Assembly: GCA_009859145.1 (NCBI GenBank)
Contig: VRVR01000017.1
Coordinates: 269,428 to 333,427, forward strand
Direction: 5' to 3'
DNA length: 64,000 nt
Origin: Andalucia godoyi And28
Lineage: Eukaryota; Protista; Jakobida
A program made the position numbers and the translations under genes. The notes below the pieces were generated by a model that was not told the DNA's origin, did not search any database, and saw nothing but the letters and a program-made list of their open reading frames with translations. This document shows, piece after piece, positions 31,745 through 42,991 of the stretch (its first letter is position 1; every line of letters starts with the position of its first letter).

Positions 31745-33295
31745 TTACTTCTTAGACGGACCAGACACATTTCCTGCATGGGCAAACTTGAGAATCTGTC
31801 TAACAAAGTGAGATCCATACTGACGCACGGACTTGGCCTCAATAATGTGGACCATACCTTCATCGATGAAGAAGTCCACCTCCAGATGAGTAGTGTTTCT
31901 CATCTTGTGTTTCATGGACATAAGGGTCTTGATGAGTTCAGATTCAGAGAGCTCCAAGAATCGCGCCAGTTTTGCAACAGAAATCGAGGAGTACAGCCTG
32001 AGGAAGGAGCGAATGTTTGCAAAGTTGATTTGTGCTTTGACTTCCGCCGCAAGGATCTGCACCTGTCGCCGCATTGCCTCGCTTTGCACATTCTCTCGGG
32101 TTTCCTTTTCATAACTGACCGGAACAGGGTTAATGAACTTTGGCGCAGCCTTTTGAAACTCCTCCTCGATCCTAGCGACGTCCCCACGCTGCATCTTTGA
32201 AATGGTCTCACCGTGTCGTTCCCGGAGAGCCACCCCGACAGTCTCGTTATCAATCTTGTGTGAATAGACAGTTTGGCACAGTGCAAGCAGTCCGAACATC
32301 CGGTCGCAAGTCTTGACAATGTACTCCGTGGAGTAGGCGGATCGGGAATGCTGATTCCTTCTGGAAGTGGTTCCCTGCGACTGTCCTTGTTGGTACTCGC
32401 GAATCAGCGCATTCAACGTTCTTTCGCGCAGGATTGTATTCAATGTGCGTGTTGCATCTGCAAACTTCTTTGACATGATCAAGCACACGGACAAGTAGTA
32501 GTGGAGAGCAACATGTGACTGCGGATGGCGATTCACATCCAATCGCAGCTCAAGCCCTTCAACAGCCTTGATTCCCGAGTAATAGTCAGCAACAAGTGTG
32601 TACACGGTCAGCAAACCGATCCGTGCAAACTGTGCGGCAATAAGTCTCTTATCAGACGGAGGCACATTACCATCCGCAGCAACCAGCACAACATCCTCCA
32701 AGGCATCGACCACAACATGCACATCAAACACCTGTGTGTTCTCGGCAAGAATCTGAGCCTCATCGTCTGTGCGGGCTTCCGCACGGGACCGGAACCAGTG
32801 CCACGTCTGGAACTGGTACACAAACTCTGCAAACAAATCCCACAACCACGAAGCCGGAAGCGGAAGTGCAAAATCAGGACGCGAAACCTCCTGCAGGATG
32901 TTAATCATGCAATCAAATGCATGAAGACGATCTTCCACCGAGAGCATCTCGCGTGAATTTGTGTTGTTGCTGCTGCCGCCGTTGTTTCCGGCGTTCGCGG
33001 AAGCAGCGGTGGCGGAAGCATTCTGGCTCGACTCCCTTTCCGCAAGACGCATATAAACGTGACGGAAGTACAGTTCCTCGTAGAACGTAAAGAATGGGGA
33101 GTCGACATCTGCGCCATTAGTCGCAAGAATCGAAGTCACAAGATCGACAGTCGGCCACCGCGAGCTCGAGAAATAGCGATCGGAAAAGCGCCCAAAAAAG
33201 TCATCGTAGCACTTTGAGATCAGCGGCTCATTGCGCGAGTGAAACGCAACGAAAAAGTTGTTCAAAAACTCCCACACATCATCTGAGATTTTCAT
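31745..33295 (-). CDS. EIF3L: Eukaryotic translation initiation factor 3 subunit L
   Basis: YDDFFGRFSDRYFSSSRWP; FYEELYFRHVY; LPASWLWDLFAEFVYQFQ; F...APKFI; IRSFLRLYSSISVAKLARFL; DFFIDEGMVHI. Confidence 0.9.
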   Translation of the reverse strand: MKISDDVWEFLNNFFVAFHSRNEPLISKCYDDFFGRFSDRYFSSSRWPTVDLVTSILATNGADVDSPFFTFYEELYFRHVYMRLAERESSQNASATAASANAGNNGGSSNNTNSREMLSVEDRLHAFDCMINILQEVSRPDFALPLPASWLWDLFAEFVYQFQTWHWFRSRAEARTDDEAQILAENTQVFDVHVVVDALEDVVLVAADGNVPPSDKRLIAAQFARIGLLTVYTLVADYYSGIKAVEGLELRLDVNRHPQSHVALHYYLSVCLIMSKKFADATRTLNTILRERTLNALIREYQQGQSQGTTSRRNQHSRSAYSTEYIVKTCDRMFGLLALCQTVYSHKIDNETVGVALRERHGETISKMQRGDVARIEEEFQKAAPKFINPVPVSYEKETRENVQSEAMRRQVQILAAEVKAQINFANIRSFLRLYSSISVAKLARFLELSESELIKTLMSMKHKMRNTTHLEVDFFIDEGMVHIIEAKSVRQYGSHFVRQILKFAHAGNVSGPSKK

Positions 33296-33314
33296 GGCGA
33301 CCCTTTTGAAATTG

Positions 33315-33345
<31 letters not shown>

Positions 33346-33866
33346 ATAAAAGAAAAAAAGAAAAAGCGGAAGAAACGGAAAGCGTAAGAAAAATCAATCC
33401 AAACTAAAACCGAGAAGAGGACGACAAGGAAGAAAAAAAGGTCTATTTGGACGGCCTCGTTTGCTGTCCAAAGCTTTCGGGAAGCGCGATCGACTGAGGG
33501 GCGGCCAAATGGCAATTCAACAGCGGTAGGCACCTTGCATCAACTCTTAGGCAAAAAATGACGCTGAAGAAACAATTGCCCGCCCTTGGGAGAGAATTGA
33601 ACGAAAAATACCCCGCCAAAAGAGAGATTTTTTCCAAATTGAGGTTTGTGAAAGCAAAACCCAAGTCTGTGTGTGTGTTTGTGTATATGCATATAAATAT
33701 ATATATACATATATGTGGGTGTGCGAAAAGCCTACAAAGTGTTTAATTTCTCTTTTCTATCTACTTTCTCTCGGTTCATTTCTTTATTCATTCATTCATT
33801 CGTTTTTTTTATTTAAATTCCTTTATTAGTATATATTTTTTAATTCCTTTCTCTCAGCAGTCCATC

Positions 33867-34187
33867 ATGAGCAGCATGCCAGCTCCAGTATCTGCACCTG
33901 CGACGGAGACGTCTGTACATCCGCGCAGGATGACACATGCTCTGCGTTCGATTCGGACAGAAATGATGTCGGGGTTTGCTGCAGCCGGAGCATTTACAAC
34001 CTTGTGGATCGGGTTCCGTCTAGCTGCGCAGAAGGGCCGATCTGCAGAAACGCCGGTTCGATTGGGAATCGCGGCAGCTGCTCTCGGTGTTGGATATGTG
34101 TGCATGAAGGCGTCCGAGAAGCTTGTCTACGAACCCTACTTTTTACATGGAAAGAAACTCACGGAAATGGAGGATGATGATGAGTGA
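33867..34187 (+). CDS. Hypothetical small membrane protein (106 aa)
   Basis: GC-balanced ORF between AT-rich spacers; two hydrophobic segments; acidic tail. No family recognised. Confidence 0.6.
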   Translation: MSSMPAPVSAPATETSVHPRRMTHALRSIRTEMMSGFAAAGAFTTLWIGFRLAAQKGRSAETPVRLGIAAAALGVGYVCMKASEKLVYEPYFLHGKKLTEMEDDDE

Positions 34188-34289
34188 GCAGGTCCCAATC
34201 GCCAGTCCGTGCTCTTTTCAATATGGAGCCTTTCTTTTCTTGTACATACACGTGTATACGAACAAACATACGTTCACTCACTCACTCTC

Positions 34290-34397
<108 letters not shown>

Positions 34398-34777
34398 ACT
34401 GTGTCACTCACTTTCTCATTTTCTCATTCTGTCTCTGTCTGTGTCGCGCGCGTACACACACATTCCTTTATTCGTAAAAATGCCTCTTTTGGGCCTTGTG
34501 GGATGTGTCGCGTAAGACTCTGGGAAAATGCCACAGACTTGAAGACCCGATGTCGAGAAAGCTCGAACAGACAAAGTCCGCATTTTGCCGATGTTTCACG
34601 TTTTTTCTCTTTTTATTATTATTTTATTATTCTAATGAGGATTATTATTATTTTCCGTTTTTCATTTCCTCCTTCTCTCGCTGGACGACATTTCTGACGC
34701 ACTCGACTCACTTCGTTTTTGGTGTTTTGTGCTGCAATACGTTTTAGAATAAGCTTCGTGTTGATCGGATTGCAAAC

Positions 34778-35401
34778 ATGACAGAGGTTTTGAAGATTCC
34801 TCTGGTGATTGCGGGTGTTCTCGGTGTTGTGGTTATTCTGCAGATTGCTGCTTTGTCGACATATGGATGGGGCATTGAAACAATTCGCATGGATCTCGGC
34901 CCAGCGGGAGACATCGAAATCAAAAACTCTCTTGGAGTAACGCAGTTCCATGAAGTGACTTCGGGATCTGCAGACACCGAGCATGTCGACGAGTTTTACA
35001 AGTACACTGACAGTCGCTGCAAAGACGTGAACTTCTGTGACGACAAGGATGCAAAGGCTGCACAAGGTGCTCTTGCACTGACTCTGCTATCGCTCTTTAC
35101 GGCCCTTGGATCTGCTGGGTGCTGCGTTCTGTTCGCAAAGGGTAAGATTGCAATGGGCCTTCCTGCGCTGATTGGATGTGGTTTCACTTTCCTTCTGCAG
35201 CTCCTCGGTTGCATTGTGCACTCTGCAGCCAAGGCAAAACCAGCAGACATCAAGGACTACTATACCCTCGTCGGAAACGATCAAATCACGATCGAGGTCG
35301 GCGCTTCGTTCATCGTTGCTCTCATGGCGTCGTTCACTGCTCTTGCAGCAGCCATCGTCATGTTCCGCGAAAAGAGGAAGGCCTCCTATCAGAGCTTGTA
35401 A
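34778..35401 (+). CDS. Claudin/PMP22/amastin-like four-TM protein
   Basis: N-terminal TM followed by W; extracellular loop with G-L-like motif and two Cys (SRC..FC); three further TM segments ending VGASFIVALMA. Confidence 0.65.
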   Translation: MTEVLKIPLVIAGVLGVVVILQIAALSTYGWGIETIRMDLGPAGDIEIKNSLGVTQFHEVTSGSADTEHVDEFYKYTDSRCKDVNFCDDKDAKAAQGALALTLLSLFTALGSAGCCVLFAKGKIAMGLPALIGCGFTFLLQLLGCIVHSAAKAKPADIKDYYTLVGNDQITIEVGASFIVALMASFTALAAAIVMFREKRKASYQSL

Positions 35402-35718
35402 TCAGCGTGAACAATCCCTTCGGCTTTGAGCGCTCTTCAAAACACGTGCTCTCCTGGCTTTTCGTAATAAAAACCGGCTTTTTTTCCATTGAGTGTGTCA
35501 CGAATGATGGTTTTTTTCCTGTCGTAAAAGAAAAGACATGCGTCCTGACCATTTCCTAATTATTATTTTTTTTTGCTGAAAAGACAAATCATCCACTTTG
35601 TGTTGGGATTTCCCTGCTGTTGTTGTCCGTTCAGCTCTTCAGTGTCGACACCCGTACCCGCATACATACACGCACACACGCACATCGTTCTCGACAAAAG
35701 AGGCACCAGACATTAAGA

Positions 35719-36174
35719 ATGCCTACAGATTGGTCCTCGGTGTTGGAAAAGACGCGGAACGACTTGGTTGCGCTGCGCCACAAGGTGCCGAAGAGTGTTC
35801 CGGAATGGCAGGAGTTTTGCACAAGCAGGATGGCGGCTGCGCGGACACACATGGAGGACTACCCAATGGTGTGGCTGTCATATGGAATTGGCGCTGTCGG
35901 CCTGACGGCGCTTGTGGTTGGTGCGAGACTAAGCTTGGCAAGTGCGGAAAGGGCTCTCAGAAGACAACGGACAGACGGAGTGGTGCAAAACGTGGCCAGT
36001 AGCTCAAGACGATCAAGACCGAAAGTCTCTTTTGAGCAAGAATTGGCAAGAGAACGGGCGCAGTTTCCCGATCTTTCGCTGCCAGGTTCGAAGGTGAATA
36101 CGGATGCTGCGAACGACTCTGCAACCACTCCTTCACGAGCTGCAGCGAACTTCACATCCTCTAGAAATTTGTAA
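35719..36174 (+). CDS. Hypothetical single-pass membrane protein
   Basis: Coding-like ORF; one TM (VWLSYGIGAVGLTALVVGA). No family recognised. Confidence 0.6.
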   Translation: MPTDWSSVLEKTRNDLVALRHKVPKSVPEWQEFCTSRMAAARTHMEDYPMVWLSYGIGAVGLTALVVGARLSLASAERALRRQRTDGVVQNVASSSRRSRPKVSFEQELARERAQFPDLSLPGSKVNTDAANDSATTPSRAAANFTSSRNL

Positions 36175-36382
36175 TTTAAAATTTAAATTAAAAAATAATC
36201 AAAAAAAGTAAATAAATTATGTTTATCATTCATTATTTATTATTATTATTATTAATGGAATCTTCTTCTTTTAATACCAACTATTTACACGCCAATGACA
36301 GAATTGCATCAAAAAGAAACAGGCCGTTCGATCAACTAAAACAAAAACAAAAAGAATAAGAAACCAAACGCATCATAACGAC

Positions 36383-37276
36383 CTATGCCAAATTTAAGGC
36401 CGAAATGAGAACACAATGCATGGGAAGGGACACCCATCCTTCGCGGTTCAGGGTGTCTTCAAACGTCTGGCTAACGAGTTCCGACACCCGCCACGCCAAC
36501 AACTCAAACATTTCGTTTGGGACTGCAAGCCAATAGGGGCGCAGGACCACTGTTCTAACGTATTCCAGCAGACTGTCGATCGTGTTGAATCCGATGCGAT
36601 ACGAACGCTCTGTCACCATGACGTTTCCAAGACGCAAACGACTCCCGAGAATGTCCTTGTACTGCTCAACAGATAACACGTTTTGCGAAACATCAATGTC
36701 GCCATACACATTGACAAATTCTGGCTGATGGGCAATTTGCTTGGCAAGTTGATGAAGAGGTCCACATTCGTGGTTTGCTTGGATCTGAAGGCACATCTGC
36801 CCACCTACTCTGAGCAACGAAGCCATCCTTTCGAGCATGGACGCGTGGTCTGGAATGCAATCGACGTTTTCATTGCTGACAATCACATCAAACTTGGATT
36901 TCTGCGGAAGATCCCACAAGGAGCTGCAAGCAAATTCCAGAACTTCGCGTTTGAATCCAACATCCTCCTCCTCAATCGCATCGTTTTCTGTCGTATACGT
37001 GGAGATGGCATCTCTGATCAAATCCTGGCACTCATCAATCCCAAGAACATACGACCCAGGAAGCATTTGCGACAGAATTTTCGTTCTCGATCCGCTTCCG
37101 CAGCCTACTTCAAGAGCACGGACCATTGACCGTCCAACAACAAGATCCAAAACGTCCTCGAAAGCAACACCACGAACAGACTTTCTCTTGTTGGATGGCT
37201 GACGCGGAACACGGGCCCCTCTCACTCGCAGCAGTGGCGATGCCGCATTGACGGGCTCAAACTGGACGAACGACAT
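36383..37276 (-). CDS. Class I SAM-dependent methyltransferase, trans-aconitate methyltransferase (Tam)-like
   Basis: ALEVGCGSG; VLGID; FDVIVSN...PDH; LLRVGGQMCLQ; C-terminal VLRPY. Confidence 0.75.
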   Translation of the reverse strand: MSFVQFEPVNAASPLLRVRGARVPRQPSNKRKSVRGVAFEDVLDLVVGRSMVRALEVGCGSGSRTKILSQMLPGSYVLGIDECQDLIRDAISTYTTENDAIEEEDVGFKREVLEFACSSLWDLPQKSKFDVIVSNENVDCIPDHASMLERMASLLRVGGQMCLQIQANHECGPLHQLAKQIAHQPEFVNVYGDIDVSQNVLSVEQYKDILGSRLRLGNVMVTERSYRIGFNTIDSLLEYVRTVVLRPYWLAVPNEMFELLAWRVSELVSQTFEDTLNREGWVSLPMHCVLISALNLA

Positions 37277-37820
37277 TCTTCTTTGGGATCTATTTTTTTC
37301 TTCCAGGAATGTGTGTAACACTAAAAAATTGTTTCTATTTCAAACAGAACTGTAATTATAAAATAATAAAAAACCAGGAACAACAAGAAGAAGGGAAAGA
37401 AGAAGTAGAAAAACAAACTCCAAAAATGGGGAGTGGAAACACAAAACAACATGGTCGTTGGGTTTATCAGGAAGTTCTGAAGATTCATGCCCCAATTCTT
37501 TTGTTTTGCTGTTTCCCAATGGAGCACCTTTCCATTTGCGGACCATTTGCAGACCCGAATCCCACGCAAAAGACGGAGTCTCCCCGAAAAAATAAATCCG
37601 GAGGCGAATACATCAGAAACCCTGCCCTACTCCACGCTCCCCCCCTCCTTGTCTCGCGCTTGCCCCACTCACACTCTCTTCCCCCCGCCCCATCTGTTGT
37701 GTTTTGCCCTCTTCCTTTGAGTTTTCCCTTCTTCCGTCTCTTCTTTTCTTTTCCTTCTATTTTCTCTGAATTTCAAATTTTACCGCCCCTTTCCCCCCTC
37801 CTATTCCTCCACCCCTTGGC

Positions 37821-40800
37821 ATGTCGTCGACAATTGAGAACCAATTCTCGCATGCCAAGAATTTGAGTGCTGTGGGAAACCACGCGGCAGCACTGGATGT
37901 TTTGCGCGACATCCTGGCTGCGCCGAAGGTTGCTGGAACCAAGATCACCGGGCCTCGTATTTCGCGCAAATGGGATCTTCGATACGAGGAGGTGGCGATG
38001 TTTCTTGTTGAGTTGTCTGTTGAGCTTCGGAAGTCCAAGGCTGCAAAAGATGGACTTACCCAGTTCCGTAACGTGTGCCAAGCTGCTGCTGGAAAGAGCA
38101 ACCAGCAGCCATACGACTCGTTTGCAGCCGTGCTGACCCGGTTCATTTCTCTTGCAGAGGACAAACTGAAGGTATCCATGGAAGAGCTTGCCAAGCTTGG
38201 GGGCTCGGTGTTGAACCCAGGCGCGACATTGATCACGGAGGATGCAGACGAGGATGCAGATGACGACTCCCGTGCGTACGGGGCGTCACCGGAGTCACTG
38301 ATTGTGTCGATCACTGGAGATGTTGCGAAGGAAAAGTTCTTCCGCGAGACACTCAACCCTGTGTTGAAGTATGTCCGTGATGTGTACTCCGTCGTTCTAG
38401 ATGTCATCAAGACTAACGCACCTATGTGGGCATTGTATGTGGACACTGTGCACCGCATGTTTCGTTTCTGCACGACTTACAACCGTCGCACGGATTTCCG
38501 CAAACTTTGCGAAAAGCTCCATGATCACTTGCGCGACATCCTCTCTCGCGACCACCCTGCACATGAGAACCGTATTGCATTGTTTGCTGGTGCGTTTGGA
38601 AAATCGGATGTTGCCAAGGATCAAGAAATGCTGGCCGCCTTCCGTGGGCACTTGCACATCCGATATGAGCAGTTTGCTTTGGCTCTCCGTTTCCGCATGC
38701 ATGCAGTCCAGTCAGTTTCCAACATGATGTCTGCAAAGAAGAAGTACAAGCCCACTGCATTCTCCATCGTGGAGGACATCTTCCGTCTGATTGGTACCAC
38801 CAAGCGCCGAGCAGACGTTGCGCCCCATCGCGAATTCCTAAAGAATCTTGCCGTACTGTTTGCGGAATCCAGAATGCATGAGATGCATGCCTTCGTCGCG
38901 TTCCGTATTTTCCAGTACTCGCAGAGTGCTGGAGTGTCCCAGGATCAAGTTCATGCGGCTGCGGAACATGCTCTTCAGGCCGTTCTTGCGGTTCCTGTTT
39001 CTTTCAAGAACAGTCAGCAGAGTCTCTCGAGAATCCAGGAACCCTTGTTTGAGTACGCGAATCTCGGCAAGCAGCGAAATGAGCGGATTGCGTCCGTCAT
39101 GGGCTTATCGAAGGTCCCCAAACGCGATCAGCTGTTGTCTGAGCTTGTGAACCGCAATGTGCTGTCCTACTGCTCTCCGGAACTGGTGTCGCTTTATCGT
39201 GCCATGGAGACTCACACGTGTGCACCGCGTGATGTTGCAGCGGAGGTTGCACAGTACAAGGCGAAGATGATCGCTGCGCCTCTTCCTGCCACTGCTGGAG
39301 TCCAAACAGCCGGTGGAGATGGCATCCCCGTTTTGACAGTTGACGTTTACGCGTTACTTTTGCAACAGTTGTGCCGCACTGCTCTTGCTCGCTTGCTTCA
39401 ACATCTGTCTCGCTCGTTTGAGTGCATCTCGATTCGCATGCTTGAAGAATTGACTTCGTCCTGGATGCCCGTCAATGACGTTGAGCGGGAGTTAGCGAAT
39501 GCCGTTTTGGGCGGTGAGCTTGATGCTACGATCGATCATGTGTCGCGATGCGTCACTTTTTCTGCGTCCTGTGATGACGGTGCAGGTGCGTCCCACATTC
39601 GATCTCAGTTGGGGATGTTGCAGCATGCTCTCGAGCAGATTTTCCCGATCATCCAAGCTCAGATTCCTACGCTTCTTGCTCCGGTTGTTGTTCCTACGTT
39701 GCCTTCGGCAGAGATTCTCAAGGAGGAGCATGCACAGATGCTTGCGCGTCCCGAGCGGATTGCGGAACTCAAACTGCGTTCCACAACGCTCAAGGAAGAC
39801 CGTCGTAGAGCCGAGGAGGATCGCAAGACTTCCGAACTGCGTGAAAAGGCGGAGGAGGAGCGCCGGCAGCTTGCGGAAAGGGAGGAGCGGTATAAGCGCC
39901 AGCAAGAAGAAGCGCGAGCATTTGAAGCGCGCTTGCAGGAAATGGCCCAGAAGCTAGCTGCTCACGAGAAGCTCAATGCCGTGGAACTTCCTGATCTTCG
40001 CCGTCTGCTTCTTGAACAAAAGGTGTTGATTTCGGACGAAGACATCCGTGTTGGTGTGCAACAGACGATTGACAAGCAACGCGAAGATAAGGCGCGACGC
40101 GTCCAAGAAATCCTCACGCGCATCGAATACGAAGAACGTGCGCTTCGTGATGCGCAGGCACCGAAGATTGCCGAATGGCAGAGTGCGTTCCTTGAGAAGG
40201 ATCGCAAGCGCCACGAGACTCTCCATACTCTTCAATCTGCAATCCAGCAGGCTTTGTACAAGCATCGATTGGAGGAAAAGACGCGAACGAGCAAGTGTTT
40301 CGGTGCCATGGATGATTTCCGCTCTCGCATATTGGCAATTCGTGAAAGAGACTTTGAACGGGCTAAGCGGGATCAGCAGGATCGTAAGATTCGCAAGCAA
40401 CAGGAATGGGAGCTCGAGGTGGCCGCCCGCCGTGATGCACGCGAAGCAGAGCGCAAGGCCGACGAGGAACGCAAGCGCCGTGAGGAGGAGCGCATGCTGC
40501 AGATGCAGCAAGAAGATCCATCCCAGATACGGCGATTTGAAGCGGACAATGCAATCAGCTGGAGGACTCGAGGTGCGGGTGGGGGTGGTGCAGCAGCAGC
40601 AGCAGCCACTGCCGCTCCGTCAAATGCCGGTGCATACCGCCCTCCTGTTTCAGACGATGCTCCTTGGAGACGTTCTGGTCCTGCTCCACCAGTGGCTGCA
40701 GCATCAGCGGCAGCACCGGCCGAGGCAGTCTGGAGACGTTCGATCCCTTCATCAAGCGGTGCAGCGGCCCCTGCCCCTGCTGCTGATGAGCCCCCTCGTC

Positions 40801-41309
40801 GCGCTGGTGCATATGTGCCGCCAGTTCGCCAAGCTGGCGCTGCGGAGTCCGCCAGATCTGAGGAAGAAACCAGGAGTATGTGGTCAAGAAGGAGTGCGGC
40901 GGGTCCCTCGGAAGAGAGACCTCCTCGATCATTTGATCGTGAGGGTGGCCGTGACTTTGGCAACCGTGAAGGTGCGCCTCGTGAGGGTGGCCGTGACTTT
41001 GGCAACCGGGAAGGTGCGCCTCGTGAGGGTGGCCGTGACTTTGGCAACCGTGAAGGTGCGCCTCGTGAGGGTGGCCGTGACTTTGGCAACCGGGAAGGTG
41101 CGCCTCGTGAGGGTGGCCGTGACTTTGGCAACCGTGAAGGTGCGCCTCGTGAGGGTGGCCGTGACTTTGGCAACCGTGAAGGTGCGCCTCGTGAAGATGG
41201 GTTCCGGGGTCCTCCTCGCACTGATGATCGCAAGCCTCGATCTGCACCATTTGAGCGCCCAGCTCCTGCCGCTTCCAATGAGGGTGATAACTGGCGCCGA
41301 AAGGTTTGA
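37821..41309 (+). CDS. EIF3A: Eukaryotic translation initiation factor 3 subunit A
   Basis: ENQFSHAKNLSAVG; LSVELRKSKAAKDGLTQFRNVCQ; TDFRKLCEKLHDHL; PCI region; long charged coiled coil (RIEYEERALR); Arg/Gly/Asp repeat tail. Confidence 0.9.
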   Translation: MSSTIENQFSHAKNLSAVGNHAAALDVLRDILAAPKVAGTKITGPRISRKWDLRYEEVAMFLVELSVELRKSKAAKDGLTQFRNVCQAAAGKSNQQPYDSFAAVLTRFISLAEDKLKVSMEELAKLGGSVLNPGATLITEDADEDADDDSRAYGASPESLIVSITGDVAKEKFFRETLNPVLKYVRDVYSVVLDVIKTNAPMWALYVDTVHRMFRFCTTYNRRTDFRKLCEKLHDHLRDILSRDHPAHENRIALFAGAFGKSDVAKDQEMLAAFRGHLHIRYEQFALALRFRMHAVQSVSNMMSAKKKYKPTAFSIVEDIFRLIGTTKRRADVAPHREFLKNLAVLFAESRMHEMHAFVAFRIFQYSQSAGVSQDQVHAAAEHALQAVLAVPVSFKNSQQSLSRIQEPLFEYANLGKQRNERIASVMGLSKVPKRDQLLSELVNRNVLSYCSPELVSLYRAMETHTCAPRDVAAEVAQYKAKMIAAPLPATAGVQTAGGDGIPVLTVDVYALLLQQLCRTALARLLQHLSRSFECISIRMLEELTSSWMPVNDVERELANAVLGGELDATIDHVSRCVTFSASCDDGAGASHIRSQLGMLQHALEQIFPIIQAQIPTLLAPVVVPTLPSAEILKEEHAQMLARPERIAELKLRSTTLKEDRRRAEEDRKTSELREKAEEERRQLAEREERYKRQQEEARAFEARLQEMAQKLAAHEKLNAVELPDLRRLLLEQKVLISDEDIRVGVQQTIDKQREDKARRVQEILTRIEYEERALRDAQAPKIAEWQSAFLEKDRKRHETLHTLQSAIQQALYKHRLEEKTRTSKCFGAMDDFRSRILAIRERDFERAKRDQQDRKIRKQQEWELEVAARRDAREAERKADEERKRREEERMLQMQQEDPSQIRRFEADNAISWRTRGAGGGGAAAAAATAAPSNAGAYRPPVSDDAPWRRSGPAPPVAAASAAAPAEAVWRRSIPSSSGAAAPAPAADEPPRRAGAYVPPVRQAGAAESARSEEETRSMWSRRSAAGPSEERPPRSFDREGGRDFGNREGAPREGGRDFGNREGAPREGGRDFGNREGAPREGGRDFGNREGAPREGGRDFGNREGAPREGGRDFGNREGAPREDGFRGPPRTDDRKPRSAPFERPAPAASNEGDNWRRKV
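40938..41189 (+). repeat. Six tandem 42-bp coding repeats (REGGRDFGNREGAP)x6 in eIF3a
   Basis: Unit CGTGAGGGTGGCCGTGACTTTGGCAACCG(T/G)GAAGGTGCGCCT counted six times. Confidence 0.97.
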
Positions 41310-41557
41310 GCGGGTCATAAACAAGACAAGGAAAAGAAATTGCAATGAATAAGAACCATAAAACAATTACGGCAAACAAGTAATTTTAATTGGATATTTA
41401 AGAATGGGAAAAGAGAGGAGAAATTAACGCCAAAATGAATGTGGTCATGAAAATTGAGAAGGACGTGTCTCCGACAGTCTTTGGAGTTTCTCACTTGTCG
41501 AGCACTTTTTGTTTTCGTGTTTCTGTTTCTTCCTTCTTCTCTTTTTCTTCATCCTTC

Positions 41558-41588
<31 letters not shown>

Positions 41589-41659
41589 CCCTCTCTCTCT
41601 CTCTCCCTCTCTCTCTCTTTGTTTCTTATCTGAAGCTCCGTTTCGTCTGTGGATTGAAA

Positions 41660-42991
41660 ATGTCTTTTGGCTCAGGAGCAAATCTTCATTGCAACGGCTG
41701 CCGGACTCCGCTGGAATCAAGATTCGTCATTACTTCATGCGATCACGTGTTTTGTATGCGCTTTTGGTTCTTAGATACGCTCGCGCTCTTTCACTATACC
41801 AGCTTCTGCGAGTTTTTCTAACATGTGTTTCCTACCCTTCTCTCCTCGGTTAATTATCTTTCCCTTCTCGCAGGTAAAGGATGCATCAACTCCTGCGGAA
41901 AACGCTGTAGTGTCTGTGGAATGAGGCTGTCTCAACAGAACCTAAGGGTCCTTAATCCGTGGGAGGCTTCCGATTCAGATCTGCGACAAGCTCTTGTTGG
42001 CTTTCCTCCAGAAAAGATTCTGTCCGCGTCTTATTCGGCCTTTCAATTCTGGACGAACCAGCAGAACATCACTCAAAATCAGTTGCGGTCACTGGTGGCC
42101 GACCGCGAACACGCCGTGCAGCTCGAGCGTGCCAACTGGGAGAAGACTGTAATCGAAGCAAACTCAAAAGTCGACATGTCGCAAGCGGATCTGCGACAGA
42201 TGCAGTCGAAATGCGAAGCAATGATGTCGCGCATCGCGGAACTGGAGTCGAGAATGACCGCATCGGGCGCGCATGTAAGCGCGTCCGCCACGCCGCGATC
42301 CACCGTTAGCAGCGGTGTCGGAAATCTTCTCAGACCATTCGCGTTGCAGAAGCAGCCGGTATGTACATGATCTGCTCTCTTGATTTCCACACCACACTGA
42401 CCATTGCTGACTAATATGATGTTTCATTCCTTTCTTCTTGCACCTTCCTGTTAACACAGCAAGAAAATGCCCAGTTCCGTGCTTTGACATCCTCTTCGGA
42501 GGACGGTATGATTTTTCTACACGAATATGATTTACACAGTTATCTGAACGCGAAAGGGAGGGAAGGAGAAGAAGAAAAAAAAAACTCATTTATGACGACA
42601 TGTAGGTACCGGTGCGTACACACCAATGGCAACAACACGTGCGCAAGCATCATCTTCTGCAACTTCGCGAACAATGTCGACCTCGTATTCCACCTATGTG
42701 ACTCCGGTGAGATCGCAGTCCATGAATCCATATGCACCAACCGCAGGCGGAGGAAAGGAAAACCAGCCACTGAATATGACAGGGCGGATAGGATCTCACG
42801 GTATACAAAACAGCGTGGCATTCGCAGGACGAGCCATTTCTCCATGGGGAGCTAACCAGTTCGCTGCAGGAAGCTCCACGACGGGCGTTCAGCCATTTCG
42901 TCCGCAAGGACAGATAGAGCAACGGTTTCAGCACAACCTGCGAGCATTCCAGCCGACTCCGACTCACACGGGGAATACATTTGCGTTGTAA
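41660..42991 (+). CDS. HEI10/CCNB1IP1-like meiotic RING E3 ligase; exons 41660-41753, 41874-42358, 42460-42505, 42606-42991
   Basis: Splicing GTATGC..CAG, GTATGT..CAG and GTATGA..TAG gives one continuous frame: LHCNGCRTPLESRFVITSCDHVFCKGC..RCSVCGMRLS...ALVGFPPEKILSASYSAFQFW, then a coiled coil and an S/T/Q-rich tail. Confidence 0.8.

Noticed and set aside
40938-41189. Regular repeats resembling a CRISPR array
   Set aside because: The units are contiguous with no unique spacers, lie in frame within eIF3a, and the genome is eukaryotic.
40048-41379. Long alternative-frame and antisense ORFs over the eIF3a 3' end (434, 301 and 274 aa)
   Set aside because: These are by-products of a stop-free GC-rich tandem repeat and show no independent protein features.
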